From assembly GCA_017609745.1 (NCBI GenBank), contig JAFCDK010000001.1:1-56829 (forward strand): a DNA stretch of 56,829 bases. The letters run 5' to 3'. Shown here piece by piece: positions 9,331-16,919 of the stretch. This stretch comes from Candidatus Pacearchaeota archaeon (GTDB lineage: Archaea; Nanobdellota; Nanobdellia; Pacearchaeales; GW2011-AR1). The translations under genes were made by a program, and so were the position numbers. Numbering within the stretch: position 1 is the first letter of the stretch; each line of letters begins with the position of its first letter. The notes under the pieces were generated by a model. That model did no database searches and was not told the DNA's origin. It worked only from the letters and a program-made list of their open reading frames with translations.

Positions 9331-10128
9331 ATGGAACAAGAAAACAATAATCAAATAAGGCAAGCTTTTTTTAAAATAAAACAAGACATACAAAATTTAG
9401 ATAATAATTTAAAAATATTAAAACAAGAAATTAACCAAATAAATGGAAAACTTGATGAAATTTGTACTCAAATTTTATATAATTTAATTAAAAAACCTCA
9501 AAAAACATCCAGAAAACAACTAAAAACAATAAAACAAGACTTCGACACACCAACACCTATTTTCGACACACCAACACCTATTTTCGACACACCAACACAT
9601 TCTTCGACAGATAATCTGTCTTTTAAAGCCTTAAAAGAACCATATTTAGGTATTTCCAATGGAAATCAAGGGGTTCCAACAAACAGACAAACAGACAAAC
9701 AGACAAACAGACACACCCCTATTTCTTATGGAAATCAAGAAAAAATGCAAGAAAATCAGAAAAATCAAGAAAAACAAGAAAAATCCCCCAAAATTATACT
9801 TAAAGAACTTGATAATTTAAAAAAAGGAATTCGCCTTAAATTTAAAAGGCTTACTCAACAAGAGATGTTGGTATTCTCAACATTATATCAGTTTGAAGAA
9901 GAAGTAAAACAAGAAGGGCAAGAATCACAAGAAATCACATATAAAACCATCTCAAAAAAATTAGGGCTTTCAGAAAGTTCAATTAGGGACTACATAGGGC
10001 GTCTTATTAAGAAAAAAATTCCAATAATTAAAAAGAAAGTAGGTAATAAAAAAATTATATTGCACATATCAGAAGATCTAAAAACAATAACTTCATTAAA
10101 TACTTTATTAAAATTACGAGAAATATAA
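9331..10128 (+). CDS. coiled-coil / low-complexity repeat / C-terminal HTH protein (paralog of 10286..10996)
   Basis: 265 aa. N-terminal heptad-like segment (IKQDIQNLDNNLKILKQEINQINGKLDE). FDTPTPI x3 and T(N/D)(R/K)QT repeats. C-terminal LTQQEMLVFSTLY...ITYKTISKKLGLSESSIRDYIGRLIKKKIP is HTH-like. Confidence 0.55.
   Translation: MEQENNNQIRQAFFKIKQDIQNLDNNLKILKQEINQINGKLDEICTQILYNLIKKPQKTSRKQLKTIKQDFDTPTPIFDTPTPIFDTPTHSSTDNLSFKALKEPYLGISNGNQGVPTNRQTDKQTNRHTPISYGNQEKMQENQKNQEKQEKSPKIILKELDNLKKGIRLKFKRLTQQEMLVFSTLYQFEEEVKQEGQESQEITYKTISKKLGLSESSIRDYIGRLIKKKIPIIKKKVGNKKIILHISEDLKTITSLNTLLKLREI
9541..9603 (+). repeat. 21-bp tandem repeat x3 (ttcgacacaccaacacctatt), in-frame coding repeat
   Basis: Copies at 9541..9561 and 9562..9582 are identical. 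The third copy (9583..9603) diverges at its 3' end. It encodes FDTPTPI repeats. Confidence 0.9.
9681..9712 (+). repeat. 8-bp tandem repeat x4 (aaacagac) inside a CDS
   Basis: Direct reading of aaacagacaaacagacaaacagacaaacagac. The unit length is not a multiple of 3, so the peptide period is 8 aa (TNRQTDKQTNRH). Confidence 0.9.
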
Positions 10129-10285
10129 TCTATTTTTATGTATACCGAATAACTAGCATTATCACTATCTCTTTTCTTTTTTTTGCTCTTTCTCTTTAAA
10201 TTCAGTTATCTAAAAGCCTAAAAACATCAAATTTTCCTTATTTTTTCTTTTTATTCTCAGCCTTTAACTCTCACTTTTACTAATC

Positions 10286-10996
10286 TTAACTATCTTTTTT
10301 AGGTTTTTTACTCTTTTTTCTCTCACTTTTCATTATTTTTATTACTTGCCCACTATTTTCACTCTCTTTTCCTGTTTTTTTCTTAAATTTAAGTCTCACT
10401 TTAGTATTTTTTAATAATTTTTGTTTTATAGTTTCTGGTATAAATACTCTCTTTTTCCCATTTTTTTCTATTATTTCTGCAAGTAATCCAACACTTTTTT
10501 GTTTTATTGAGTTTATATGACTCCTAATTGTTGATCTTTCTTTTCCAAGCATTGCAGATATATCTTCATAACTTAATTTTAAATCTGAATTTAATAATAC
10601 CCAAATTATTGCCCTTTCAACAATGCTAAAATTAAAAAAATCATTAAAATTAGGTACTTGGACACCCCTTTGGACAGCTGTCTGGACAGCCCCAACACCT
10701 GTCCAATCATTGGACAGCTGTCTAGATTTTTTAGATACTTGTCTAGACACCTGATTCCCAAAAATAGAAACAAAATCTTTAAGTTCTTCAACTTCTTCCT
10801 TTACCGACGACAATTCTTTTTTTAGAAAATTTATTTCAGAATCTACTTTAATTCCCCTTTCATGTAAGTGAGTTATCCAATTTCCAGTTTTAGAAATATC
10901 TTTTTTTACAGATTCAAAGGAATTTTTTACCTCTTCACCTAATTTTTCCAATTTCTTTTTACTAAATAACCACCCAAACATATTATAATTCCCCAT
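10286..10996 (-). CDS. coiled-coil / repeat / C-terminal HTH protein (paralog of 9331..10128)
   Basis: 236 aa with the same three-part layout. N-terminal coiled coil (VKKDISKTGNWITHL..INFLKKELSSVKEEVEELKDF). SRQ(V/L)S and AVQ repeats encoded by GACAGCTGTC-type DNA. C-terminal LSYEDISAMLGKERSTIRSHINSIKQKS is HTH-like. Confidence 0.55.
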   Translation of the reverse strand: MGNYNMFGWLFSKKKLEKLGEEVKNSFESVKKDISKTGNWITHLHERGIKVDSEINFLKKELSSVKEEVEELKDFVSIFGNQVSRQVSKKSRQLSNDWTGVGAVQTAVQRGVQVPNFNDFFNFSIVERAIIWVLLNSDLKLSYEDISAMLGKERSTIRSHINSIKQKSVGLLAEIIEKNGKKRVFIPETIKQKLLKNTKVRLKFKKKTGKESENSGQVIKIMKSERKKSKKPKKDS

Positions 10997-11130
10997 CTAT
11001 ACTTTAAAAACCTTTCGAAACCCCTTTCTCTCGACGATAAATCTCTTCGATAAAATAAAATAAAAAAATAACAAAAACCAATAAAAAACAATCAAAAACT
11101 TCAAAAAACCACAAAAAAAACAGCTAAAAA

Positions 11131-11216
11131 AGGCTGTCCAAAGACCAAAAAAGTGCTTAGACAGCCGTCTAGACAGCCTTAGACACATAAAATTTGTTTT
11201 AGACAGCTGTCTAAAA
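11131..11216. promoter_or_regulatory. cluster of (T)AGACAGC(C/T)GTCT(A) palindromic boxes upstream of 10286..10996
   Basis: aggctgtcc (11131..), cttagacagccgtctagacagccttagacac (11156..11186) and a perfect 20-nt palindrome ttttagacagctgtctaaaa (11197..11216). Related boxes ttggacagctgtct occur twice inside the gene (10670..10683, 10720..10733). Confidence 0.5.
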
Positions 11217-12111
11217 TAGGCCAAGTATTTCCTTTACCGACGACAAAATAATACAATAAGAAACTTACACATACAAAAACTTTTTAGCAAAACCCAATAC
11301 TTCTAACATGTGTAAAATAATATAAAATTATTAAAAATTATATAAAAATATACAAAAAAACGTAAAAATCCTTAAAAAGTTTAAAAAATTATAATGTTTG
11401 TGAAAAAACAAAAAAAGATGAGAGATATTCTTAATGAAGGTAAAAATCTTGAAAACTATTTTTATAGAAATAAAGATAAAGAGACGCAGTATTTTATTAA
11501 AAGTTTATTCATTCAAGAATACCTTGAGCAGATAATAAAATTATTTAGATAATAAAACTTATACTTCTCTGAAAAAATTAACTGATAAACTATATAATAA
11601 AGTTTGTGTGAAAGAAAAATTAAAGAACCAATACCAAAAAATTTCAAGGAGATAAGAACACAGCTATAAGAGGTTTGCAATTAAACATCTAAAATGACAG
11701 GAGAAAACCTAATAAATATTTTGAATTTATAGATATAAATAATAAAGAACTATCAAAAGGTTGTATTCTCACCCCATAATCCTAAAAGTCATCATCAAAA
11801 CTCAAATATCTTTTATCTTACAGGAAAAATAAAAAAGGTTTTACAACCACAAAAAGCAGAAAAGGAATAACTTCAGAAGCTTTTAAAAAATTTAAAAGAG
11901 TTAATATAATAACGATTATTAAACATAAGAGATAAACAGACAATTTTGAAGAAGAAGCCAATAAACCAGAAAAAAAGCACAAGAAAATCTAAAATAACAC
12001 AAAAAAACCTTTGAGCAAAACTAAAAACTTCCTGCAAAAGAGAAAAATAATTCTAAAATCTTAATTTTACACATAAAAACCATAAAATTTATATACTTAG
12101 GGCACGTTAAG

Positions 12112-12152
12112 TAAACGTGAACTAACAAAGTTAGACCCTTAGTTCACGTTTA
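12112..12152. promoter_or_regulatory. perfect 14-bp inverted repeat (taaacgtgaactaa / ttagttcacgttta) overlapping the recombinase promoter region
   Basis: 12112..12125 is the exact reverse complement of 12139..12152, with a 13-bp spacer. The right arm runs into a TATA-like tttaaata about 40 nt upstream of the ATG at 12193. Confidence 0.6.
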
Positions 12153-12192
12153 AATAAACAAAAAATTGTAAAAAATAAATAAAAAAGAAAAA

Positions 12193-12963
12193 ATGCCCAA
12201 AAATAAAAAGTTTGCAGCAATTTATATTAGAGTTTCTACACAAGATCAAGTCCAGCATGGAATTTCTTTAAGAGCTCAGGAACAAGCTCTAAAAAACTAT
12301 GCAAAATCTCAAGGTTATGAAATTTTTAAAATTTATAAAGATGAAGGCAAATCAGCAAAAGCAATTAAAAATAGACCAGCAATGATGGAAATGCTTCAAG
12401 CCGCAGAACTTAGGAAATTTCAAGCAATTTTTATTTACAAATTAGATAGATTTTCAAGATCTTTAATGGATTTAATAACAACAATTGAAAAACTAAAAGA
12501 ATGGGGAATTGATTTTATTTCTTTACAAGATAAAATAGAAACAACTTCAGCTACTGGTAAGCTAATGTTTCATATTGTTTCAGCATTTGCAGAATTTGAA
12601 AGAAATGTTGTAGGCGAAAGAACAAAATTTACTATGAACTCAAAATTCCAAGATGGAGGAAATCCAGTTACAAGAGCCCCTTTAGGATATAAATTTGTAA
12701 ATAAACAATTAGCCCCCTCTGAAAATTCATACATAATACAAGAAATATATCAAACTTTTCTTAATACAGACACCAGCCTTACTCAATTAGCAAAAAAATA
12801 TAATCTTTCTGTGAATGGTCTTAAAAAAGTTCTAAAAAATCAAACTTATTTAGGAAAAGTAAAGTTTGCAGGAAAAATCCTTCAAGGCAAACATAATCCT
12901 TTAATCTCCAAAGACCTTTTTGATAAAGTACAGGAAAAACTAAATAAAATTATTAGAAGATGA
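12193..12963 (+). CDS. serine recombinase (resolvase/invertase catalytic domain plus short recombinase-type DNA-binding domain)
   Basis: 256 aa. N-terminal AAIYIRVSTQDQ...SLRAQEQ, YKLDRFSRS, ATGKLMFHIVSAFAEFERNVVGERTK. The C-terminal part (LGYKFVNKQL..IIQEIY..LTQLAKKYN..LKNQTYLGKVKF) resembles the recombinase domain of large serine recombinases but lacks the zinc-ribbon/coiled-coil extension. Confidence 0.8.
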   Translation: MPKNKKFAAIYIRVSTQDQVQHGISLRAQEQALKNYAKSQGYEIFKIYKDEGKSAKAIKNRPAMMEMLQAAELRKFQAIFIYKLDRFSRSLMDLITTIEKLKEWGIDFISLQDKIETTSATGKLMFHIVSAFAEFERNVVGERTKFTMNSKFQDGGNPVTRAPLGYKFVNKQLAPSENSYIIQEIYQTFLNTDTSLTQLAKKYNLSVNGLKKVLKNQTYLGKVKFAGKILQGKHNPLISKDLFDKVQEKLNKIIRR

Positions 12964-13202
12964 AAAAAGAAATTATGAATATAATTAGAAAATTATATAA
13001 TTTCTGATATAAAAGAATTATACTATTTGATGATTTATAGAATCTTTCCGATACATTTAAAAACTCTTTTTCTTAACAACATTTATGCTAGTTAAATGTA
13101 AGATGCTGTGCAGATTTGTTCAAGTATTAGGAGTTAGAAACTATTTCTAGATGGATTAGTTCAAATTTAAGTTAGTGTAAGGAGGATAATGTATAAGATA
13201 AA

Positions 13203-13484
13203 ATGAAAATTTATGTAGGTAATTTGCCTTTTAGTGTTGATGAAGAAGGATTAAAAAAACTTTTTGAAGCTTTTAATCCTGAAGAAAGTACTCTTATTAA
13301 AGATAGATTTTCAGGACGATCAAAAGGTTTTGGTTTTTTAACGATTTCAGACGAAGAAGCTGCAAAAAAAGCAATTTCTGAAATGAATGGAAAAGAAGTT
13401 GAAGGACGAGAACTTAAAGTTTCTGAAGCTAGACCACAAGAAGAAAGACCTAAAAGAAATTTTGAAAGACGAGAAAGATTTTAG
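13203..13484 (+). CDS. RRM-type RNA-binding protein
   Basis: 93 aa. RNP2 KIYVGNL and RNP1 KGFGFLT motifs with the canonical spacing, and an R/E-rich tail. GGAGG-like aaggaggat lies about 15 nt upstream. Confidence 0.85.
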   Translation: MKIYVGNLPFSVDEEGLKKLFEAFNPEESTLIKDRFSGRSKGFGFLTISDEEAAKKAISEMNGKEVEGRELKVSEARPQEERPKRNFERRERF

Positions 13485-13886
13485 ATTTCTCTAAAACTCT
13501 TATTTTAAGAATTATTTTTTATTTTTTAATGTATTTTATTTTTCATATATAATTCTATTAATAATTGCACCAATAGTAAAAATGATAATTATTACAGGAA
13601 ACCAGTTAATATTTGTGTTTAAGTAACTAAATTCATCGATTAACCAAACAATAGCAAAAATTAGAATTATTACCCATAAACTTGGAAATCTTTTTTAACT
13701 ATAATTAATAATAGATTCTTTGATTTAAAAAATTACTCTTTGTTTATTCACAAATTCCTTTACATTTATTGATAATCAACAAGGGAATATTAAGCCCGCA
13801 AAAAACTAGGATTTAAGACAATTCTTTTTAAGAATAATAAACAATTTATCAGTGAGTTAAAAAATTGAAGATTAAATTGTAATTTT

Positions 13887-14756
13887 TTAATAATTCTTTT
13901 TTCCGACAGCAACGCCCACACTTTTATCTGCGCCGCCGTAGTAGAGCAAATATTTTCCTTCGTGCTCAACAAGACCTTCTGCAAAAACAACATAATTTAT
14001 TTTTCCATAATTTTCCCAGTGTTTTGTTGCCGACATAATTGGTTTGTTTGTTCTTGCAATTAGTTTTTCTGGATTATTTTTGCTAAACATCACATAACCC
14101 ACATTATATTCAATATTATTTGAACTATTGTATATAACAAACAATCCTCTTTTTGTAAAAATTGGGCAAGGACCCATCTCTACTAAACGCAAATCAAAAT
14201 TATCCCCACGAGGAGTCATAATTGGCTCTTCATTTATCTTCCAATCTTTTAAATTTCGCGAATATGCAATATACAAATTCACATCTCCAAAATACATTAC
14301 ATATTTTCCATTAATTTTTCTAGGTAATAAAGCTCCTGACTTAACTTCTTTCAATAATATACCTCTTTTTTTCCAAGTAATCAAATTTTCAGATTCAGCT
14401 AAACAAATATGGGTTCTTCTTCCTGAATGTGCTGTGTATGTCATAAAATATTTGCCGTCAATCTCTGTAATTCGCGGGTCTTCACAACCTCTTTTTTCAT
14501 ATTTTTTCTCAGGAACAATAATCGGATTATTTTCAAATCTTGTGAATTTATAACCATCTTTACTAACTGCTAAACAAATTCTAGAAATATAATCATTATA
14601 ATAATTTTGTTCTGCCCTATAGAACAAATAAATTAATCCATTTTTTTTAATCGCTGTTCCATTATAAACAGTAGCTGACTCAAATTTATTTTTCCGGGAA
14701 GGACTAAGAATGGGGTTTTTCTTATATTTTTCAAGTTTTCCAATTGGCCATCTCAT
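13887..14756 (-). CDS. glycoside hydrolase family 130-like (beta-mannoside phosphorylase/hydrolase, DUF377)
   Basis: 289 aa. NPILSP..FESATVYNGTAI..LIYLFYRAEQ, ICLAVSKDGYKF, RGCEDPRITEIDGKYFMTYTAH, LLYYGGAD. This is the five-bladed propeller pattern of GH130. Confidence 0.65.
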   Translation of the reverse strand: MRWPIGKLEKYKKNPILSPSRKNKFESATVYNGTAIKKNGLIYLFYRAEQNYYNDYISRICLAVSKDGYKFTRFENNPIIVPEKKYEKRGCEDPRITEIDGKYFMTYTAHSGRRTHICLAESENLITWKKRGILLKEVKSGALLPRKINGKYVMYFGDVNLYIAYSRNLKDWKINEEPIMTPRGDNFDLRLVEMGPCPIFTKRGLFVIYNSSNNIEYNVGYVMFSKNNPEKLIARTNKPIMSATKHWENYGKINYVVFAEGLVEHEGKYLLYYGGADKSVGVAVGKKNY

Positions 14757-14762
14757 TTTTTA

Positions 14763-14957
14763 TTAATGATGTTTAAAATATTCTATTTGATGAAAACGTT
14801 TCATAACCTTTGTATATGAAGATTTATTAACTAAAATTTTTTTTCGATTATGACTAAGTAGTCTAAAATAATAATTACTTACTGATTTTTTTAACTTATC
14901 TTTTCCTTTATAATCCTCCCATCTTCCACCTGTTTTTAATTTATATTGTAAAACCAT
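14763..14957 (-). CDS. small basic hypothetical protein
   Basis: 64-aa ORF immediately upstream of, and co-oriented with, the GH130 gene. No motif recognised, so it could be spurious. Confidence 0.2.
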   Translation of the reverse strand: MVLQYKLKTGGRWEDYKGKDKLKKSVSNYYFRLLSHNRKKILVNKSSYTKVMKRFHQIEYFKHH

Positions 14958-15009
14958 CTTATAATCTAGATAAAGAAACTTTTAAATATTGTGCTTAATT
15001 ATTAAGATT

Positions 15010-15432
15010 ATGATAAAAAAGAAAGAGATAAAAGAAATGAAGAAAAAAATTAATGAATTTAATGGGCTTAATCCTACATCTCTTTTACACCCTGTTTTTA
15101 AAATTCCAAGAACCTTTGGACAAAAAGCAGCAGACTGGCTCACAAAATGGGCTGGTAGTTGGTTATTTATAATACTTCTCTTTGTTTTAATTGCTACATG
15201 GATTTATTTAAATATCACAGCATATGTTAAACAATGGGACCCTTGGCCATTTATTATACTCAATTTATGTCTTTCATGTTTAGCAGCAATTCAAGCCCCA
15301 ATAATACTTATGAGTCAAAATAGACAAGCTCAAAAAGATAGACTTAAATCAGAATATGATTATAAGATTAATAAAAAAGCTGAAAAAGAAATCCAAAGAA
15401 TATTAAGAATCTTGGAGAAAAAGAAATCTTAA
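15010..15432 (+). CDS. DUF1003-family membrane protein
   Basis: FGQKAADWLTKWAGSWLFI..., two TM helices, then MSQNRQAQKDRLKSEYDYKINKKAEKEI, characteristic of DUF1003. The ATG at 15010 is preferred over the TTG at 14989. Confidence 0.6.
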   Translation: MIKKKEIKEMKKKINEFNGLNPTSLLHPVFKIPRTFGQKAADWLTKWAGSWLFIILLFVLIATWIYLNITAYVKQWDPWPFIILNLCLSCLAAIQAPIILMSQNRQAQKDRLKSEYDYKINKKAEKEIQRILRILEKKKS

Positions 15433-15863
15433 CGATATGACTTCTGCCTTTTTTTCCTCGCTTTACTATCTCCTGGTTTATAAGTTTCTTTCTTCCTTAT
15501 ATCAGCAACAAGAAGGTTTCTATCATAATCTAAAAAAGCTCTTTTAAGAACAGCGGATTTTGTGAAATCCAAAATTCCTCGAGCAATAACCAACCTTGCT
15601 GTTTCTATCTGGCTCTCTCTTCCACCCCCTTTAATTTTTATATCAATATCAAAATTAAAATTTCCCAATATTTTTTTTGCTATCTGAATAGGCTCTTCAA
15701 TAATAAGTTTATCTATTTTATTTAATAATTCATATGGAACTTTATTTATCTTTATTTTTCCTGTTCCTTTTTGAACAATTGCCCTCGCTATTGCTGTTTT
15801 TCTTTTTCCAGATACAATAATTTTTTGTTCTTTCGGTTTTTTTATTTTTTTTGCCACTACCAT
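15429..15863 (-). CDS. rps9: 30S ribosomal protein uS9
   Basis: 144 aa. GKRKTAIARA...GGGRESQIETARLVIARGI...DIRKKE..KPG..KARKKRQKSYR. Confidence 0.9.
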   Translation of the reverse strand: MVVAKKIKKPKEQKIIVSGKRKTAIARAIVQKGTGKIKINKVPYELLNKIDKLIIEEPIQIAKKILGNFNFDIDIKIKGGGRESQIETARLVIARGILDFTKSAVLKRAFLDYDRNLLVADIRKKETYKPGDSKARKKRQKSYR

Positions 15864-15866
15864 TTC

Positions 15867-16163
15867 TTAAGCTGCTCCTATTAATCCATAATAAAATACT
15901 TTTCTTAAACCTATTCTTTTAAAACCCTGAAAACGTAAATCCCTCCATTTATCTTTTGTCTCTTCAGGGATATAACCTAAATCATGGGCAAGTCTAAGAT
16001 AATCTTCTATTTCATTTAATAATAATTTAGCAGTTAGTTTACATCCCAACTTAGTAAATATATTGGCATCTCTATATAATTCTCTTACTTCTATATCCAT
16101 TGCCTCAACAACTACTCTTTGTTCTACATCCATTTCATTTAATATTTTTTGAAAGTTCAGCAA
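15867..16163 (-). CDS. small alpha-helical protein inserted between rpl13 and rps9 (paralog of 17845..18117)
   Basis: 98-aa ORF that overlaps the rpl13 3' end by 29 nt. It shares the block L(R/K)(L/M)A(H/E)(D/N)L(G/S)Y(I/V)P(E/K)E..(D/E)(K/R)W with ORF 17845..18117. Confidence 0.5.
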   Translation of the reverse strand: MLNFQKILNEMDVEQRVVVEAMDIEVRELYRDANIFTKLGCKLTAKLLLNEIEDYLRLAHDLGYIPEETKDKWRDLRFQGFKRIGLRKVFYYGLIGAA

Positions 16164-16548
16164 GAGTTATATAATTCGATCTTTTTTCTTTTCCTGAACT
16201 TATTTTTTTAATTTCTTCATATTCTTTAGGAACTTTATTATAACATCTTATTTTTTTAAATCCTTCTTTCACTCTGTTTTTTTTATGTTTTAACATCCCC
16301 CTAATAGTTCTTTTTAAAATTCTTTCAGGGGTTCTTAAAATTTTTGGGCCTTTTTGGCTACTTCCTCCTTTTTTTACTTTTTTCCTATATTTTTTTATTA
16401 TGTCTTCTGAATTTCCAGTTATAATTATTTTATCTGAATTTACAATTACTATTTCTTCACCTTGTAAGCTCTTTTTTGCAATAAAACTTGCTAATCTGCC
16501 AAGTGTTGCATTTGTTCCGTCGATGACGATTTTGTTTTGAGAATTCAT
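16135..16548 (-). CDS. rpl13: 50S ribosomal protein uL13
   Basis: 137 aa. IVIDGTNATLGRLASFIAKKSLQGEEIVIVNSDKIIITG, RTIRGMLKHK. Confidence 0.9.
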   Translation of the reverse strand: MNSQNKIVIDGTNATLGRLASFIAKKSLQGEEIVIVNSDKIIITGNSEDIIKKYRKKVKKGGSSQKGPKILRTPERILKRTIRGMLKHKKNRVKEGFKKIRCYNKVPKEYEEIKKISSGKEKRSNYITLAELSKNIK

Positions 16549-16907
16549 CTTAACAATTTTACCCCCTCTGCTTTTGGATTGGATTTAATTTCTTCAATAA
16601 ATGTGCCAGTTTCACTATTTGCCTCTTTTATTTTTTTAATTGCTGTTTCTGAAAAACTAAGAGCAATAATTTTAATTTTTTTATCAATTTCACCTATCCC
16701 AAGAACTTTTCCAGGAACAATTATTGTATCCCCTTGTTCTGCTTTATTATTTATTTCAAAAAGATTTTTTTTAACCGCTTTTCTTTTTGAAGTAGAAACG
16801 ATATTTGCAATAGCCAACCAATTTTTTTGTTTTTTTGCCGCGATGATAGTTTTAACTAATTCAGGATTTTTCTTTTTCTTTAATTTTTTTTCTATTCTTG
16901 ATTTCAT
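16545..16907 (-). CDS. rpl18e: 50S ribosomal protein L18e
   Basis: The position (RpoD-L18e-L13-S9) and sequence (VPGKVLGIGEIDKKIKIIALSFSETA) fit L18e. The start is moved to the Met at 16907 because the longer ORF (to 16952) would run into the tRNA at 16920..17061. Confidence 0.8.
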   Translation of the reverse strand: MKSRIEKKLKKKKNPELVKTIIAAKKQKNWLAIANIVSTSKRKAVKKNLFEINNKAEQGDTIIVPGKVLGIGEIDKKIKIIALSFSETAIKKIKEANSETGTFIEEIKSNPKAEGVKLLR

Positions 16908-16919
16908 TTCAAATAAAAA

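Noticed and set aside
9541-9712. Tandem repeats considered as a CRISPR or other non-coding array
   Set aside because: The units are contiguous without spacers, lie inside a continuous ORF and translate to peptide repeats. There are no cas genes in the window.
10997-11224. 75-aa ORF in frame with, and separated by a single TAG from, the 236-aa HTH gene. TAG read-through or an N-terminal membrane anchor was considered.
   Set aside because: The frame is open mainly because the strand is T-rich (Phe/Leu runs). It covers the palindrome/operator cluster. There is no independent evidence for stop-codon recoding, as other genes in the window do use TAG as a stop, for example the permease.
10655-11246. 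Diversity-generating retroelement (template/variable repeat pair), suggested by the partial duplication of the gene-internal repeats
   Set aside because: There is no reverse transcriptase in the window. The two copies differ by large indels and not specifically at adenines, and the similarity is too patchy.
13530-13700. Minus-strand reading frame encoding a two-TM peptide (..FPSLWVIILIFAIVWLIDEF..WFPVIIIIFTIGAIINRIIYEK)
   Set aside because: The frame is closed by TAA immediately upstream and has no in-frame ATG, GTG or TTG. It is at best a truncated remnant.
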